Source: Mytilus californianus (lineage: Eukaryota). From it: a stretch of DNA of 64,000 bases. Each line of letters begins with the position of its first letter. The first letter of the stretch is position 1. Below, in pieces: positions 23,676 to 36,757 of the stretch. A program made the translations under genes and the position numbers. The notes beneath the pieces were generated by a model, which did no database searches, was not told where the DNA came from, and saw nothing but the letters and a program-made list of their open reading frames with translations. The DNA lies in the NCBI RefSeq assembly GCF_021869535.1, contig NW_026262723.1, forward strand, positions 111,228,001-111,292,000, given 5' to 3'.

Positions 23676-25540
23676 TGTAAGAGAATGATAATCCCTTTCT
23701 TCATGAATAAGTACGAGCGTTAGCGAGTACTTATCATGAAGTAAGGGATTATCATTCTCTTACAAACTTAGAATATTGTAAAGTGCTCAAGGCTCAAATG
23801 ATCTATCAATTAGTTTCATTGTCAGTGCAATGTTTATAATTGATGCATGACTTCCTTTTTCGGCATGTCATTTATGGATTAGTTTTAGTGATGTGAGGAC
23901 TTTCTTATCATTTGGGAAATATTTTAAAAAAAATGCGTTATAGATATTAGGTGACACAACAGTAGAAAGAAAAGGTAGGAATTGTATGTTTCCTGACTGT
24001 GAGTATGAATGTAAATCATGTAATATTTTAGTGAGGAATTATCCTTTTTTATTTACAGTTTAAATCAATTAATACATTTGAGTTACAACTAAATTTTATT
24101 TCACAGCCAATAATTTGGTCCGGCTTTTTACATCAAATACTGTTTCATTATGTCAGGGAAATGTTCAAAAATAATCCCTTAAAAGAGTTTTTAATATGTT
24201 CAAAACTAAATTCCTGTTTTTTTTATCGGAACACATGTATTGGAAATAACTATTCTCCCCAACCGCTGATCAAGTAATCAAAGTTTTGGAAAGCTAAAGA
24301 TTTAGGTTATTTTTTATCTGAAAGATTTTTTTCCTTTTTTTTTGCATTGCTTTGGTATTGTTTAATTTTATAGTAATTTGAAGTTATTAATATTTTCATA
24401 ATAACAATCACGGTTCCAATTTTACTGCACCAGTGAACTTCAACTTATTTTGAGATTTTTGTTTGTTTCACAATTCAACTTTTAGTCAGTTTCAATCACT
24501 CTGTGATAAATTCTTTCAATCTGATAAATGTGCTTCAGGGCAGTTGTAACTCATTTATAGAAACTCTTTGTTTTAAACTGTAAATAGACCCAAATAATAG
24601 GATAATCCCTTACTAAGAACATGATTTACATTCATTCTTCACAATTAAGAGGCATCCAATCCTACAATTTCATTGGTCGAGAGTACTTTGCTATATTCTA
24701 ACTAAAATTAGAATATAGCAAAGTACTCTCCACCAATGAAATTGTAGAATTGGATGCCTCTTAATTGTGAAGAATGAATGTAAATCATGTTCTTAGTAAG
24801 GGATTATCCTATTATTTGGGTCTATTTACAGTTCAAAACAAAGAGTTTCTATAAATGAGTTACAACTGCCCCGAAGCACATTTATCAGATTGAAAGGATT
24901 TATCACACAGTGATTGAAACTGACTAAAAGTTGAATTGTGAAACAAACAAAAATCTCAAAATAAGTTGAAGTTTACTGGTGCAGTAAAATTGGTACCGTG
25001 AATTTTATTATGAAAATATTACTATAAAATTAAACAATACCAAAGCAATGCAAAAAAAAAGAAAAAAATTCTTTCAGATAAAAAATAACCTAAATCTTAT
25101 TGGCTGTGAAATAAAATTTAGTTGTAACTCAAATGTATTAATTGATTTAAACTGTAAATAAAAAAGGATAATTCCTCACTAAAATATTACACGATTTACA
25201 TTCATACTCACAATCAGGAAACATACAATTTCTACCTTTTCTTTCTACTGTTGTGTCACCTAATATCTATAACGCATTTTTTTTAAAATATTTCCCAAAT
25301 GATAAGAAAGTCCTCACATCACTAAAACTTATCCATAAATGACATGTCGAAAAAGGAAGTCATGCATCAATTATAAACATTGCACTGATAATGAAACTAA
25401 TTCTTGAATAGATCATTTGAGCCTTGAGCACTTTACAATATTCTATAAGTTTGTAAGAGAATGATAATCTCTTACTTCATGATAAGTACTCGCTAACGCT
25501 CGTACTTATTCATGAAGAAAGGGATTATCATTCTCTTACA
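23676..25540. mobile_element. 1.87-kb foldback palindrome element in lipase copy 3 intron 7
   Basis: Arms 23676-24701 and 24708-25540 are reverse complements around a 6-nt loop; TGT...ACA ends; TATA flanks. Confidence 0.85.
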
Positions 25541-25865
25541 TATACATAGTATTACTTAGAAGATAAAGTAATAAAGCAAATGCAATCGTTCTGTGAGAAG
25601 TCTTTTTACAGCCGCTTTACTTTTTGTATACCTAAAATTCCCGCCTTTTTTTATTGACCAATTAACAGAAAAAGTTTGATAGTGCCAAGTTCTCTTGTTC
25701 AAAGTTTTTGATAAAAAAAACTTTAAAAGTGACAACAGGGCTTTATGCACCTTCTGTATCTCAACTGATCGAGATAAGAAGGGATGGGTGTTCTCTGCTT
25801 TATGTCTTATATCCCAATGTTTTTGTCATTTGGTATGTTCTTTTCTTCATATTTTAAGTAGTTAC

Positions 25866-25937
25866 CTGATTATATCGAGCCATATTTTCAATTGCCGTTC
25901 CAAAGTCATACAACTGGAACTGACCACTGATAACCCC
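25866..25937 (-). CDS. Acid lipase copy 3, exon 7
   Basis: ttacag|GVISGQFQLYDFGTAIENMARYNQ|gtaact; 72 nt. Confidence 0.92.
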
Positions 25938-26159
25938 CTGTAAGCAATACATATTTTCTACTTATTTCATGCCATTGGCGTTCAAATTATTCTTATTATA
26001 CTGAAGTTAAAGATTTAAAAACAATCTTTAGTGAAAGTTAAAGTGTTGAAAACTAATCTGGTGCATTTGCATTCTTGTATTCTTGTTACTTACAGAAAAA
26101 CAAACACTTCGGAAACTTGAAATGAACTATTTAGTAAATAGTTAAAAAAAAATACATAC

Positions 26160-26231
26160 CTGTCCAAAATGTACCATGTTTTGCACAGAGGTACCAGATG
26201 GGGTATGAGACATATATACAGGTACTCTTCT
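26160..26231 (-). CDS. Acid lipase copy 3, exon 6
   Basis: ttgcag|RRVPVYMSHTPSGTSVQNMVHFGQ|gtatgt; 72 nt. Confidence 0.92.
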
Positions 26232-26939
26232 CTGCAATAACAAATACTTAAATAAAACTACATTTAAAAGGAATAAGGTTAATCATGGTCCTCCGATTCT
26301 TTTGAATTAAAGTCAATTCATTTCCACAGGCTAAAAGGTATAATTATATCTGATAGATATAATAATGGCAAGTTTTGTGATAATATCATCGTCACATCAA
26401 ACTTGTGATTTATTTTGTAAAATCAGAATTTGACCATTGTTTTCAAGTAATTTTCATTCTTTTTAACCCGATCGGGCGGGCGGCGGTCGGTGGGCTGCCA
26501 AACATTGTCCGTGCAATAACTTGAAAACGCTTTGACGAAATCTTTTCAAATTTAGATATATATGTTGTTTCCTGTGACGATTTTAGCTTTTTGAGTTATA
26601 GATCTTTAAGTAGCGAAAAGTGATACTTCGATTGATTTTTGCCTTTCCATTTCTGAACCCTACAAAAATTCATTTATTGTTTTACTTGCTCCTGTTTGGG
26701 GTCCAGATTTGCAAATATCATTTTTATGCAGGAAAATCCGATTTGCTGTCAATCTGACAGCCTCTTTTTAAGTATACTATCATGGCCAAATGCACGTGTG
26801 TATCTGACCCATAAGTATATTTTAATCCAAGTGTGTCGAATTTCTAAACAGGGAAATATGCCTTTAAAATCAATGTAACGGAAATTTCGCTACAAATAAA
26901 AATCATATCATACGTTTTAAACAAACAATAATGTTTAAA

Positions 26940-28200
26940 GCAAACGTATAGTTTGTTTTTCTATGTTGTGATGTTATACTATTGTTTTAGAAAAGGGAGA
27001 AGGTTTGGTACCATTAAAACGTTTAATCCCGCTGCAAATGTTTGCACCTGTCCTAAGTCAGGAATCTGATTACAGTAGTTGTCGTCTGTTTATGTAGTTC
27101 ATACGTGTTTCTCGTATCTCGTTTTTATATAGATTAGACCGTTGGTTTTTCCGTTTGAATGGTTTTACACAAGTAATTTTTGGGGCCCTTTATAGCTTGC
27201 TGTTCGGTGTGAGCCAATGCTCCGTGTTAAAGGCCGTATTTTGACCTAAAATGGTTTACTTTTATAAATTGTAACTTGGATTGAGAGTTGTCTCATTGGC
27301 ACTCATACCACATCTTCTTATATCTATGTATAACAGGTAAAAAGTTATATATTCAAATTAATATGCTTGAGATTTATATATATATATATATATATATATA
27401 ACAGGTAAAAAGTTATATATTCAAATTAATATGCTTGAGATTTATATATATATATATAGGACATGCAACGGTTTATAGTAATGGTCAAATTCAGATATCT
27501 ATGTGGAGTTCTGCCTCCTTGAGATTTCATGTTATCTTTCCTTAAATTTGGCATTTACTCTTTTCTTGTTTTTGTTGGGTTTTTTTTTGCAGTTAAATGC
27601 CATACAAAAATTATACGATTAACATTTCCGNNNNNNNNNNNNNNNNNNNNNNNNNNNNNNNNNNNNNNNNNNNNNNNNNNNNNNNNNNNNNNNNNNNNNN
27701 NNNNNNNNNNNNNNNNNNNNNNNNNNNNNNNNNNNNNNNNNNNNNNNNNNNNNNNNNNNNNNNNNACTTATTTGTTCAGTGTATGTTTACTTGTTTTTGT
27801 TTATATGTCTTTTTGATCGAGTTAAGCCATTTCAATTGATATTTTATAGTGTGTCTTTTTATGTTGTAATTTTACAGGTTAGGATGAGGGTTTGCGCCTG
27901 TTGAAAAGTTTAAGCCCAATACATTTGTATGCACCTGTCCTAGGTCTGAAGCCTGTTGTTCAGTGGTTGCCGTTGTGTGGTTCATAAGTGTTTCTCGTTT
28001 TTTATATAGATTAGACCGTTGGTTTTCCTGTTTGAATTGTTTTACACAAGTCATTTTGGGGCCCTTTATAGCTTGCTGTTCGGTTTGAGCCAAGGCTCCG
28101 TGTTGAAGGCCGTATTTTGACCTATAATTGTTTATTTTTTATACATTGGACTTGGACGGAGAGTTGTCTCATTGGCACTCATACCACATCTTCTTATTTA
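26940..28200 (-). repeat. Two copies of a high-copy SINE-like repeat flanking the gap (also about 45760-45972 and, on +, 7075-7460)
   Basis: Shared 'gattagaccgttggtttt...ggggccctttatagctt...gagttgtctcattggcactcataccacatcttctta'. Confidence 0.7.
27631..27765. other. Assembly gap (135 N)
   Basis: Run of N. Confidence 0.99.
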
Positions 28201-28204
28201 TATA

Positions 28205-28380
28205 AACTAAACTAAACTAAACTAAACTAAACTAAACTAAACCAAACCTTACCTAACCTAACCTAACTTAACTTAACTTAACTAAGACTTAACTAAACTT
28301 AGACTAAACTTAACTAAGACTTAACTAAACTAAGACTTAACTAAACTTAGACTAAACTTAACTTAACTTAACTTAACTGA
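28205..28380. repeat. Compound pentanucleotide microsatellite (CTAAA)n/(CCTAA)n/(CTTAA)n
   Basis: Visible; starts about 12 bp into the intron after exon 5 of lipase copy 3. Confidence 0.9.
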
Positions 28381-28392
28381 ACTACTTATTAC

Positions 28393-28548
28393 CAAATCAA
28401 TATTAGGCAGACCATGTCCATATATTAGATCTGTTAATTCTGAGCAAACATATGCTGATGCATCAGTATCACAAATCTTATCTGCTATGTCCATGTTAAC
28501 AGAATTGTTTAACAGGAAGCCTTTCCTGCCAAATATAGTAAACACCTC
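28393..28548 (-). CDS. Acid lipase copy 3, exon 5
   Basis: tttcag|EVFTIFGRKGFLL...ICDTDASAYVCSELTDLIYGHGLPNIDL|gtaata; 156 nt. Confidence 0.9.
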
Positions 28549-28874
28549 CTGAAATATGTAAATTGTTGACTTCAATAAAACTTATAAAAATGTGAATAAA
28601 TCTTGTATGCCAAATAACGAAATCAATTTGAAAAAAAGTTACTTTCAATTTCCTTTTACATATAGAGTTTAATTCAAAAACATATTCGAACTGATATTAT
28701 TCTTAGGAGTATGAATCAATGGCATAATAAACATTACAGGACAGCCAGTAATAATCATAAAACACATGCAAAGGAAATTTTGGAACATACATTGATTGAA
28801 ATTATCTGTATAATCAAATTCTTATTGTTTAAAAGCAGGCAAGAAAAGAGGAAAAAACGAAACGAAAATCTCAC

Positions 28875-29121
28875 ATCTATATTAGGTTTTAATGCTTTGA
28901 CAAGTAAAGATGTAAGTCCTCTGACATCTGCCAATTTTGCAATAGGTGCTAGTGCAATGAAGAGCCTGATTTTCCTTGCCAATTGTTTGTTTCTGCTAAA
29001 CCCAGTAAATCCAATAATCGTGCCCTGGGAATGACCTATGTACACTAGATTGGTTTGGTTTGTAGTTTTCAGTATATAATCGACCATGGCTGGTAGATCT
29101 TTGTCTGCCATATCCTGCCAA
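28875..29121 (-). CDS. Acid lipase copy 3, exon 4 (catalytic Ser, GHSQG)
   Basis: atacag|WQDMADKDLPAMVDYIL...YIGHSQGT...FIALAPIA...PNID|gtgaga; 247 nt. Confidence 0.95.
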
Positions 29122-29762
29122 CTGTATAAAATATTATTTTTTACAGTTATCAGTATCCGCAATTAAATATATATAAAATTAAACAATGATACTGGTCCTA
29201 TAAATATGTATTATCGTTTAAATCATGTTGTATATTGGTAACTGTACTATAAAGGTGTTCATTATGTTTTTTTACTCTCACGAAATGTAGTCTACGAGGA
29301 CAAAGGCTGTTTGTCTTTGATTGCATGTCTATTTTCTCGGAGGAGTCGATTGTTTGTGTTTGGTCGGATCTGGTGTACTGTTCTGATATTTTTGGTTATT
29401 CCTGTGTTCCTATTCAAGTAAATGCATAGCATAAACTATACTAAACCTCCTAGCTATCACGGTTACACATCGGCTAGTAAAATCTCTGTTTTCAATCCCT
29501 CATGTCTAGATTGCTTAGTAAGCAAAAGTGATTTTCATTATATTTCTCTTTAGTTGCTTGTTTAATTTGTCTCGTAAAATATGGCCTGATTAAAGGGAAT
29601 AAATTTCAGTGAGATAAAAGTGAACTAGATGGCTTATATCAAATGATCTTGTTATTGACACAAAAATAAGTTTTACATGAAGATGCAATGTTGGTAAATA
29701 CCAAAAACAGTGCCTATATATTTTTAACACTTATAACATTATTGAAAAAATTACCAACTAAC

Positions 29763-29961
29763 CTAAAATCCCAGAACTCCTCTTGTGTTGAGTTGTATTT
29801 CGTATGTTTCATTGAATAAGTATTCCCGCGTGAGTTTCCAAGCCAGACATCGTATCCAGCATCTGCTAGAATAAACCCTAAACTTCCGTTATAGCCATTA
29901 AACAGATAACAAGACGAATCTGCTAATAATCCATGCTGTAGTAGCACAACTGGCCTAGAAC
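29763..29961 (-). CDS. Acid lipase copy 3, exon 3
   Basis: gaaag|[14 protein letters not shown]...[20 protein letters not shown]...EFWDFS|gttagt; 199 nt. Confidence 0.95.
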
Positions 29962-30512
29962 CTTTCAATAAAAAAAAACGAAACGAATTGAAACCAATAG
30001 ATATATTATTTAAATGTGCCTTCAGTAGTCCGTAGGCCTTGTTTTACTGCATGCAGACTTTTTGTGTTTCCCTATTGACTTACGTCTCTTATATCTATAA
30101 AAAGCGTGACTTACATACTCAAAGTTAAATGTTTATTTTTAGTGCAAAGTCAAAGGTATTTTGGATATAGAGATGCAAATAAAAATGTATAAGGTCCTTT
30201 AATAAGTTGAATCTGATCGTGAAGTTTGGATATCGAATAAACTGAAAAAAAGGCAGGAACTGACATTATAAGTGTTTCGCAAAGGCAAATATATCCTGGT
30301 TGGATATTACAAACAGTTGAAGCTATATATAGAGTGCTTTCTTTACATCTTATCTCTCGTATGATATGGGCATGAATGTAGCTTCAGATATGACAGGTGA
30401 AATTCTGCACTTACAGTTGCATTGGTCTAAATACCGATACATTTTATTTGAAAGAACTCATACCTGGTATCTTTGGTTATGAATATGAAGAGATTTTTTC
30501 CTTATTCATTAC

Positions 30513-30627
30513 CTCCTGGTTTATCATGTCGTCCGTACGGTGTTCTGTGTAATCCCAAGATAAACCCATCCTCAGTTGGTACGGAGTGAGTTTCTGGTTT
30601 GTACCCATTGTACGCTATAAGCTGGAC
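30513..30627 (-). CDS. Acid lipase copy 3, exon 2
   Basis: ttccag|VQLIAYNGYKPETHSVPTEDGFILGLHRTPYG...|gtaatg; 115 nt. Confidence 0.92.
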
Positions 30628-31156
30628 CTGGAATAGTGTTGAGATAGTATCTATTATATAATTAGCACATCATCTGAAAATATACTATAGGTGAAAAACA
30701 ACTGTCCTATTACTGACTTGGTACAGGCATTTTCCGAAGAAAATTGTGGGTTAAACCTGGTTTTATAGGTATCTAAACATCACAATTGTATAACAGTTGT
30801 TTATAGTTCCGTTATATTGACGTAATTGGGTGAGAAACCCAAACAGACATAACAGGAGTAATGTGACAATAATTGGGATCCAGAAGCCAAACTGTGTAAA
30901 CATACATTACAGACATACAACACAACTGACTAAAAAATTCAAACAAAAATACAAATAAATATAACGATGACGCCAACAAAAAGGTGCTGTAGTATTGACC
31001 GAGGTTATTTTTACTTTGATTCAAACAAAGCAAACACTATTTGAACTTGATCTGATTAACATGTGTAATATTAATACATGAATAGATAAACTGTCCATCC
31101 ATCTTTTCTCCTCACCACACTTTTGGTTTCATATTGTATCTATAGAATTTACATAC

Positions 31157-31279
31157 CGAGTTCATAAAAACTTCAGGAGAAACATCATGTCCCTTTTGTA
31201 AGTGTTTAGAGTTCAGAGGTAAGAATCCATTGGATATCTTAATTAAAGTTGCTAATAATGACCACAACAAAAGCTTCAT
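31157..31279 (-). CDS. Acid lipase copy 3, exon 1 of 8
   Basis: MKLLLWSLLATLIKISNG...DVSPEVFMNS|gtatgt; signal-peptide-like start, PEV-x-MN motif; 123 nt. Confidence 0.88.
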
Positions 31280-32319
31280 ATTGTCTGTTAAACTTTGATA
31301 TCACTAAATTTACACTATATTAATGTGATAATCTTTATTTATTTATGTTTATCTGTCACTGTTCTAGTTTTGTTGTGAACTCATCACAAATGAGGACCTC
31401 AACGAATTTGATCACTTGTTTTGTGTCATTTTTTTTTTTTACATTTCAATCCTAAATACTTTTGTCCGACAGCAAAATTCTGTTGATTATTTCCTTCAAT
31501 AGACAACCAACATATAAACAACATACTAATATGTGAAATATATAAACCTCAGGGACAAGAAAGAGGTTATTAGAACAGATAAATATCTGACTTGGAATAA
31601 CCAGGGGCAGATAAACAATTTCGCAGTGGTTAAGACTAGAAGAGAGGTCATGAGTTTCGAAGATCACGGAAATCCTAATTTTAAAGGTTAATTATGCTGT
31701 TCTCCAATTGTTATTTTTCTTTCTTCACTCCATTTCAGACTATCAAAAAAAGAATGTCCGAGAAATGTTACTCACCAGAAATAAAATTCAAACACACTTT
31801 AAAGACGGTCAAACAGAACGAACTGCAAACTTGAACTATAAGTCATCATTATATAATAATTTACCAAGGACCAGTCCAAGTCATCATTATATAATAATTT
31901 ACCAAGGACCAGTCCAAGATCTGCAGGCAGTACAAATAAGTCCGGACAAGTATAATGACCGCCATGTTTAAATGTTTGATTCTCAACCATAAAATGTGCC
32001 ACAAAACCACCTCGAGAATTGCGTTTTAAAGAAAATATTGATCGAACAGGAACAAGACACTATTTTTTACCTGGCCACCAAAACAAATGCAATCTAGATA
32101 TCGTTTGGGTGTGCTGGTGTTGTTTGGTTTCTGTCTTATTGGGAAGTACACAATATCTCTTTTAACAGTAAGTGCACTCTTTTTTTAAGACTATATGAGC
32201 TTGATATTTGTTTTTAATTCAATCTTACGGTGCTTTCCGGTTGTAAAACTCAAGACTGGCAAATAACAATAGTATCTATAACAATTTCATACGATCGCAC
32301 AATGTTATAACGTTATTTT

Positions 32320-33425
32320 GAGGGTTATTGTCCTTACTGTTTATGAATTAGGGTATAAAAAGGGATAAAAAACAAGAATTTTTCTTGTTTTAGGACAATA
32401 ACTTGTGTATAAGTGTATGGATCTCTATGGAATTGCACCACAAGGTTCCATACCTCAAAAGGAAGGTTGGGATTGATTTTGTAGGGTTATGGCCCAAACC
32501 GTTTAGGAATTAGGGTGCCAAAAAGCAGCCAAGAAACTATGATTTTCTGGTATCCGGACAATATCTTGAGTATAAGTCTATGGATCTCTATGGAATTGTA
32601 CCACAAGGACTTAGGTTCCATTCCAAAAAGGAGGGTTGGGATTCATTTTTTTTTTTTTGCCTTGACCGTTTAGGAAAAGGGGCTAAAAACAATACTTTTC
32701 CAATACTTTGTATAAATTGCTTATTTCTAGACCAATTTCAATGTAGTTAATTCAAAGTTTTGAATTCTTGGGGTTCTTTAACATACTGAATCTAACTGTG
32801 AATTTAGATTTTAGATTTTGGGCCCCGTTTTTTTATTGGTTCACATTGAGGTCCAAAATTAAACTTTGTTTGATTTCATCAAAAATTGAATTATTGGGGT
32901 TCTTTGATATGCTGATTCTAAACATGTATTTAGATTTTTTTTATTTTGGGTCCAGTTTTCAAGTTGGTCCAAAATAAAACTTTATTTCATTTCAACAAAA
33001 AATTAATATATAGGGTTCTTCGATATGCTGAATCTAACCGTGTATTTAGATTTTGGATATTGGGCCATGTTATCAAATTGGTCCACAATGAGGTCCAAAT
33101 AGTCTAAAATTAAACTTTGATCTCATCAAACATTGAATTCTTGAGGTTCTTTGATTCTAACCATTCCTTGGTGAACTTGGATATGTTGAATCTAACCATG
33201 TATTTAGATTTCGGATATTGGACCATAATAGGTAAAAGTCCAATTTCATTTTTTTCAGTTCTTTGACCACATTCAATCTGTGTCAGAAACCTATGCTGTG
33301 TTAAAAATTTAATCACAATTCAAATTCAGAGCTGTCTCAAGATTGAATGTAGTGTTCACATTTGCCCCAACTATTCAGGGTTCGACCTCTGCGGTCATAT
33401 CCAGCTGTGCCCAGCGGAGCATTTT
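32320..33425 (-). mobile_element. Helentron/HINE-like non-autonomous element (reverse copy, partial)
   Basis: Reverse complement of the 'aaaatgctccgctgggcgcagc...cgaccgcagaggtcgaaccctg' head, plus internal repeats. Confidence 0.7.
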
Positions 33426-35647
33426 ATTGTTATTGTATATGTCTTTATATTTGGTGAAAAGCTCTTCAGAGCTTGTTTTTCAATGTTTGGCAACATGCGG
33501 ATCAAAATTTTGAAGGAAGTAGAGTAGCACCAATATAGTACAACACAAGTTGTGTCATTCTTTAAGGTCTAGCAAATTGTACAGACGATTTCAGACACAA
33601 CTTGATGGCAATAGCTACCACTAATAATTTGGCCTGACTTGGTTAAATAACTAACATGAGATATCATATTACAAATCTGACATAAATTTCCTTTACTCTT
33701 CGTGAATGACCTTTTGACAGCCACCTGTGGCACACTAAATCTAGGAAATTTTTTTGTGTGACTTCACTATAATAGATTATTACATGGCATTTACTCTGGT
33801 ATCATCCGGAGACTCACATATCTGATAGAGGGCTTTAAAATAATCATGATTTGAATAAGATAAATAGTGGAGAAAGGTATAGTGCTTTCTGATAGAATAC
33901 AAATTTGATATATGAAGTAAAATAGCGAGGCTATTCCAAAGGGATGGTGTAATAGAATTTAAGCAAGGAGCTAGGTATTTCTTAGCCATTCAGAATTGTA
34001 CAATTAAACCTATGGGATTATACCTGCTTCGCTTACTCAATTCTACTTTCTGTTCCTGTAGTTATTACATCAGCCAATGAAATTCCAGTCTACAAATTTT
34101 TGAAAGTGTGTATCATTACGACAAAACTAGAGGATACAAAAAGGTCTTCAAAACAGAAAGTAGAATGGAGCATTGTCAGATCCTTGTAAATAAAGCGTGG
34201 ACACAGATCTGTATTCAAATCAGATTGCTTGTCTATCAGTTAAGAATGTATTATGACTTCTGAAGTTGTTTTATTTGCTGTCTCATTTTACATATATACT
34301 CCACAAGTCCTTTTATTATATTCGGTAGAAGTGTTTTCAATGTGCCTTCCTGAAGTTACCATGTGTTTTAGCCCTTATTTAATCCACCCAGAATTATTTA
34401 GATTTTAAATGTGTTTATTAAAGGTGACAAATGAAACAATACAACTATAAATGAATGTTTATTCATAATAACGTGGTAAAACTTGTGTCTATGCTATAAA
34501 ATGAAATAAATGACATTGATGAAGGTTGTACCTTTACTTAAATCATAACAAATCATATAACATAATATTATACATCTTTATCAATAATCACACACACATA
34601 CAAACACATGCTAATTTATATTGGATTTAAATTTATACATCATATAATGGTCTTCAGAATTCAACCAATCAAAATGCTCAGATGGATTTGGTGTTTACAG
34701 CACAAACTTTTTACTCCCGATTACTGAGTAAATTTTTATAACCATAGGCCCAGGCCTGCATTACATAAACGCAAGTTCAATAAATGACTAGTAGTATTTT
34801 GAATAGTTTGTTTAATGACTGGTCGTAAGTTGTACAACCTTTTGTGAAAGGCAGGCCAGTTCTCCATGTTTTCATTTCAACCCTAAAGTTTCAATGGGCC
34901 TTCATTTCCTTTATCAGTAAAATTTTTTCTGTGATTGCCCCATTTCTCATATAATAAATCCATCAATACTTCAGACACGCTTAAAATGATATCTGAGGGT
35001 AACAAGCTCTTGACCTTGATCCAGTAAGATCATATAGAAAGCAATATCACACAAGGACAAATTTGTGGCTGCTTCAAACAATGAAGATCCCATAAAAAAA
35101 ATACTAACATTTAAATTAGAATTGTCACAAGCCTATAATCTTTTTTCATTCTAAATTAACAGAAGGTATATACTTTTTATAAATAATAAGTTTTTTCCCA
35201 TTGGCTTAGACGTATGCCACAGAGAATTGTGATGTTCTTTCACTGTTCACAGTTACTGTTTAGAAGCCAGTGCCACCATAGAAACATTGTCAACAAGAGG
35301 TAAATTCTATAAAAATTTAAATCATTACTATAGGTTATAAATCAAAGTTATCATATTCAGATGTTATTTATATATATTTACTGCTCATATATATGAATAT
35401 ATATATAAGATTAAAGTTTGAAAAGATAAGAAAGTGATTTAATATACTGTTTTAAGCAACAAGTAATTTTGTGCTGAAATTTGCACTCAATTGTCAAGCA
35501 AAAACAAATCATTCAAAATAAAATATATATGGCTGATGGATGGTCAGTTTAAAAAAAAGCCGAGCAAATAGACTAAAAATATAAAAAATAAACAATCTGA
35601 TAAAGAATATACATTTTTGCTTTGTTCATTTTATACCTGGAAATAAT

Positions 35648-36757
35648 AAAATGCTCCGCTGGGCGCAGCTTGATACGACCGCAGAGGTCGAACCCTGAAC
35701 AGTTGGGGCAAGTATGGACACAACATTCAAGCTTGATACAGCTCTGAATTTGGATTGTGATTAAATATTTGACACAGCATAGGTTTCTGACACAGAATGA
35801 ATGTGGTCTAAGAACTTAAAAAAATTTAATTTACCTATTCAAACCATATCATTATTATTTGCTTTTATATATAAATCAGAAATAACCAATTTAAAATGGA
35901 AAATTTTTAAGAAAAAAAAAGGAAAAAAAAATCCCCCCGAAATTTTTTGAACCCCCTTATGATTCTCCACCCCCAAACTCAATCCCAGCCTTCCCTTTGT
36001 GGTATGGTACCTTGCAGTACAATTTCATAGAGATCCATACACTTGAACACAAGTTATTGTCTGGAAACTAGAAAAATGCTTGTTTTTTGGCCCCTAATTC
36101 CTAAAATTTTGAGGCAATTACCCCCAAAATCAATCCCAGCCTTCCCTTTGTGGTATGGTACCTTGCAGTATAATTTCAGAGAGATCCATACACTTGAACA
36201 CAAGTTATTGTCTGGAAACTAGAAAAATGCTTCTTTTTGGCCCCTTTTTCCTAAACATTTTGGGCAATTACCCCCAAACTCAATTCCAGCTTTCCCTTTG
36301 TGATATGGAACCTTGTAGTACAATTTCAGAAAGATCCATAGACTTACACACAAGTTATTGTCATGAAATTAGAAAAATGCTTGTTTTTTACCCTTTTTTA
36401 GCCCCTAATTCCTAAAATTTTGAGGCAATTAGCCCCTAAATCAATCCAAGCATTCCCTTTGTGATATGGAACCTTGTGGTACAATGTCAGAGAGATCCAT
36501 ACACTAACATACAAGTTATGTCTGGAAGTTACAAAAATGCTTATTTTTGGCCCCTAATTCCTTAACTGTTGGTACCATAACCCCCAAAATCAATCTCAAC
36601 CTTCCTTTTGTGGTATTGAACCTTATGGTAAAATTTCATAGAGATCCATTCACTTTATACTAAAGTTAGAGTGCGAAAACCAATGTGTCTTTGGACGACG
36701 ACGACGCCAACGTCATACCAATATATGACCACAAAATTTTTTTACAGTCGTATAAAA
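35648..36757 (+). mobile_element. Helentron/HINE-like element with internal ~130-bp tandem units
   Basis: Head with sub-TIR ATACGACCGC, (GAC)n microsatellite, terminal hairpin ending gtcgtataaaaa. Confidence 0.75.

Noticed and set aside
28250-28270. (CCTAA)n as an interstitial telomere
   Set aside because: Only a few units within a drifting pentamer tract, and the molluscan telomere repeat is TTAGGG.
33430-35640. Apparently unique sequence between lipase copy 3 and MOB1 as a possible extra gene
   Set aside because: No convincing exon or protein similarity found; may be intergenic or an extended MOB1 3' UTR.
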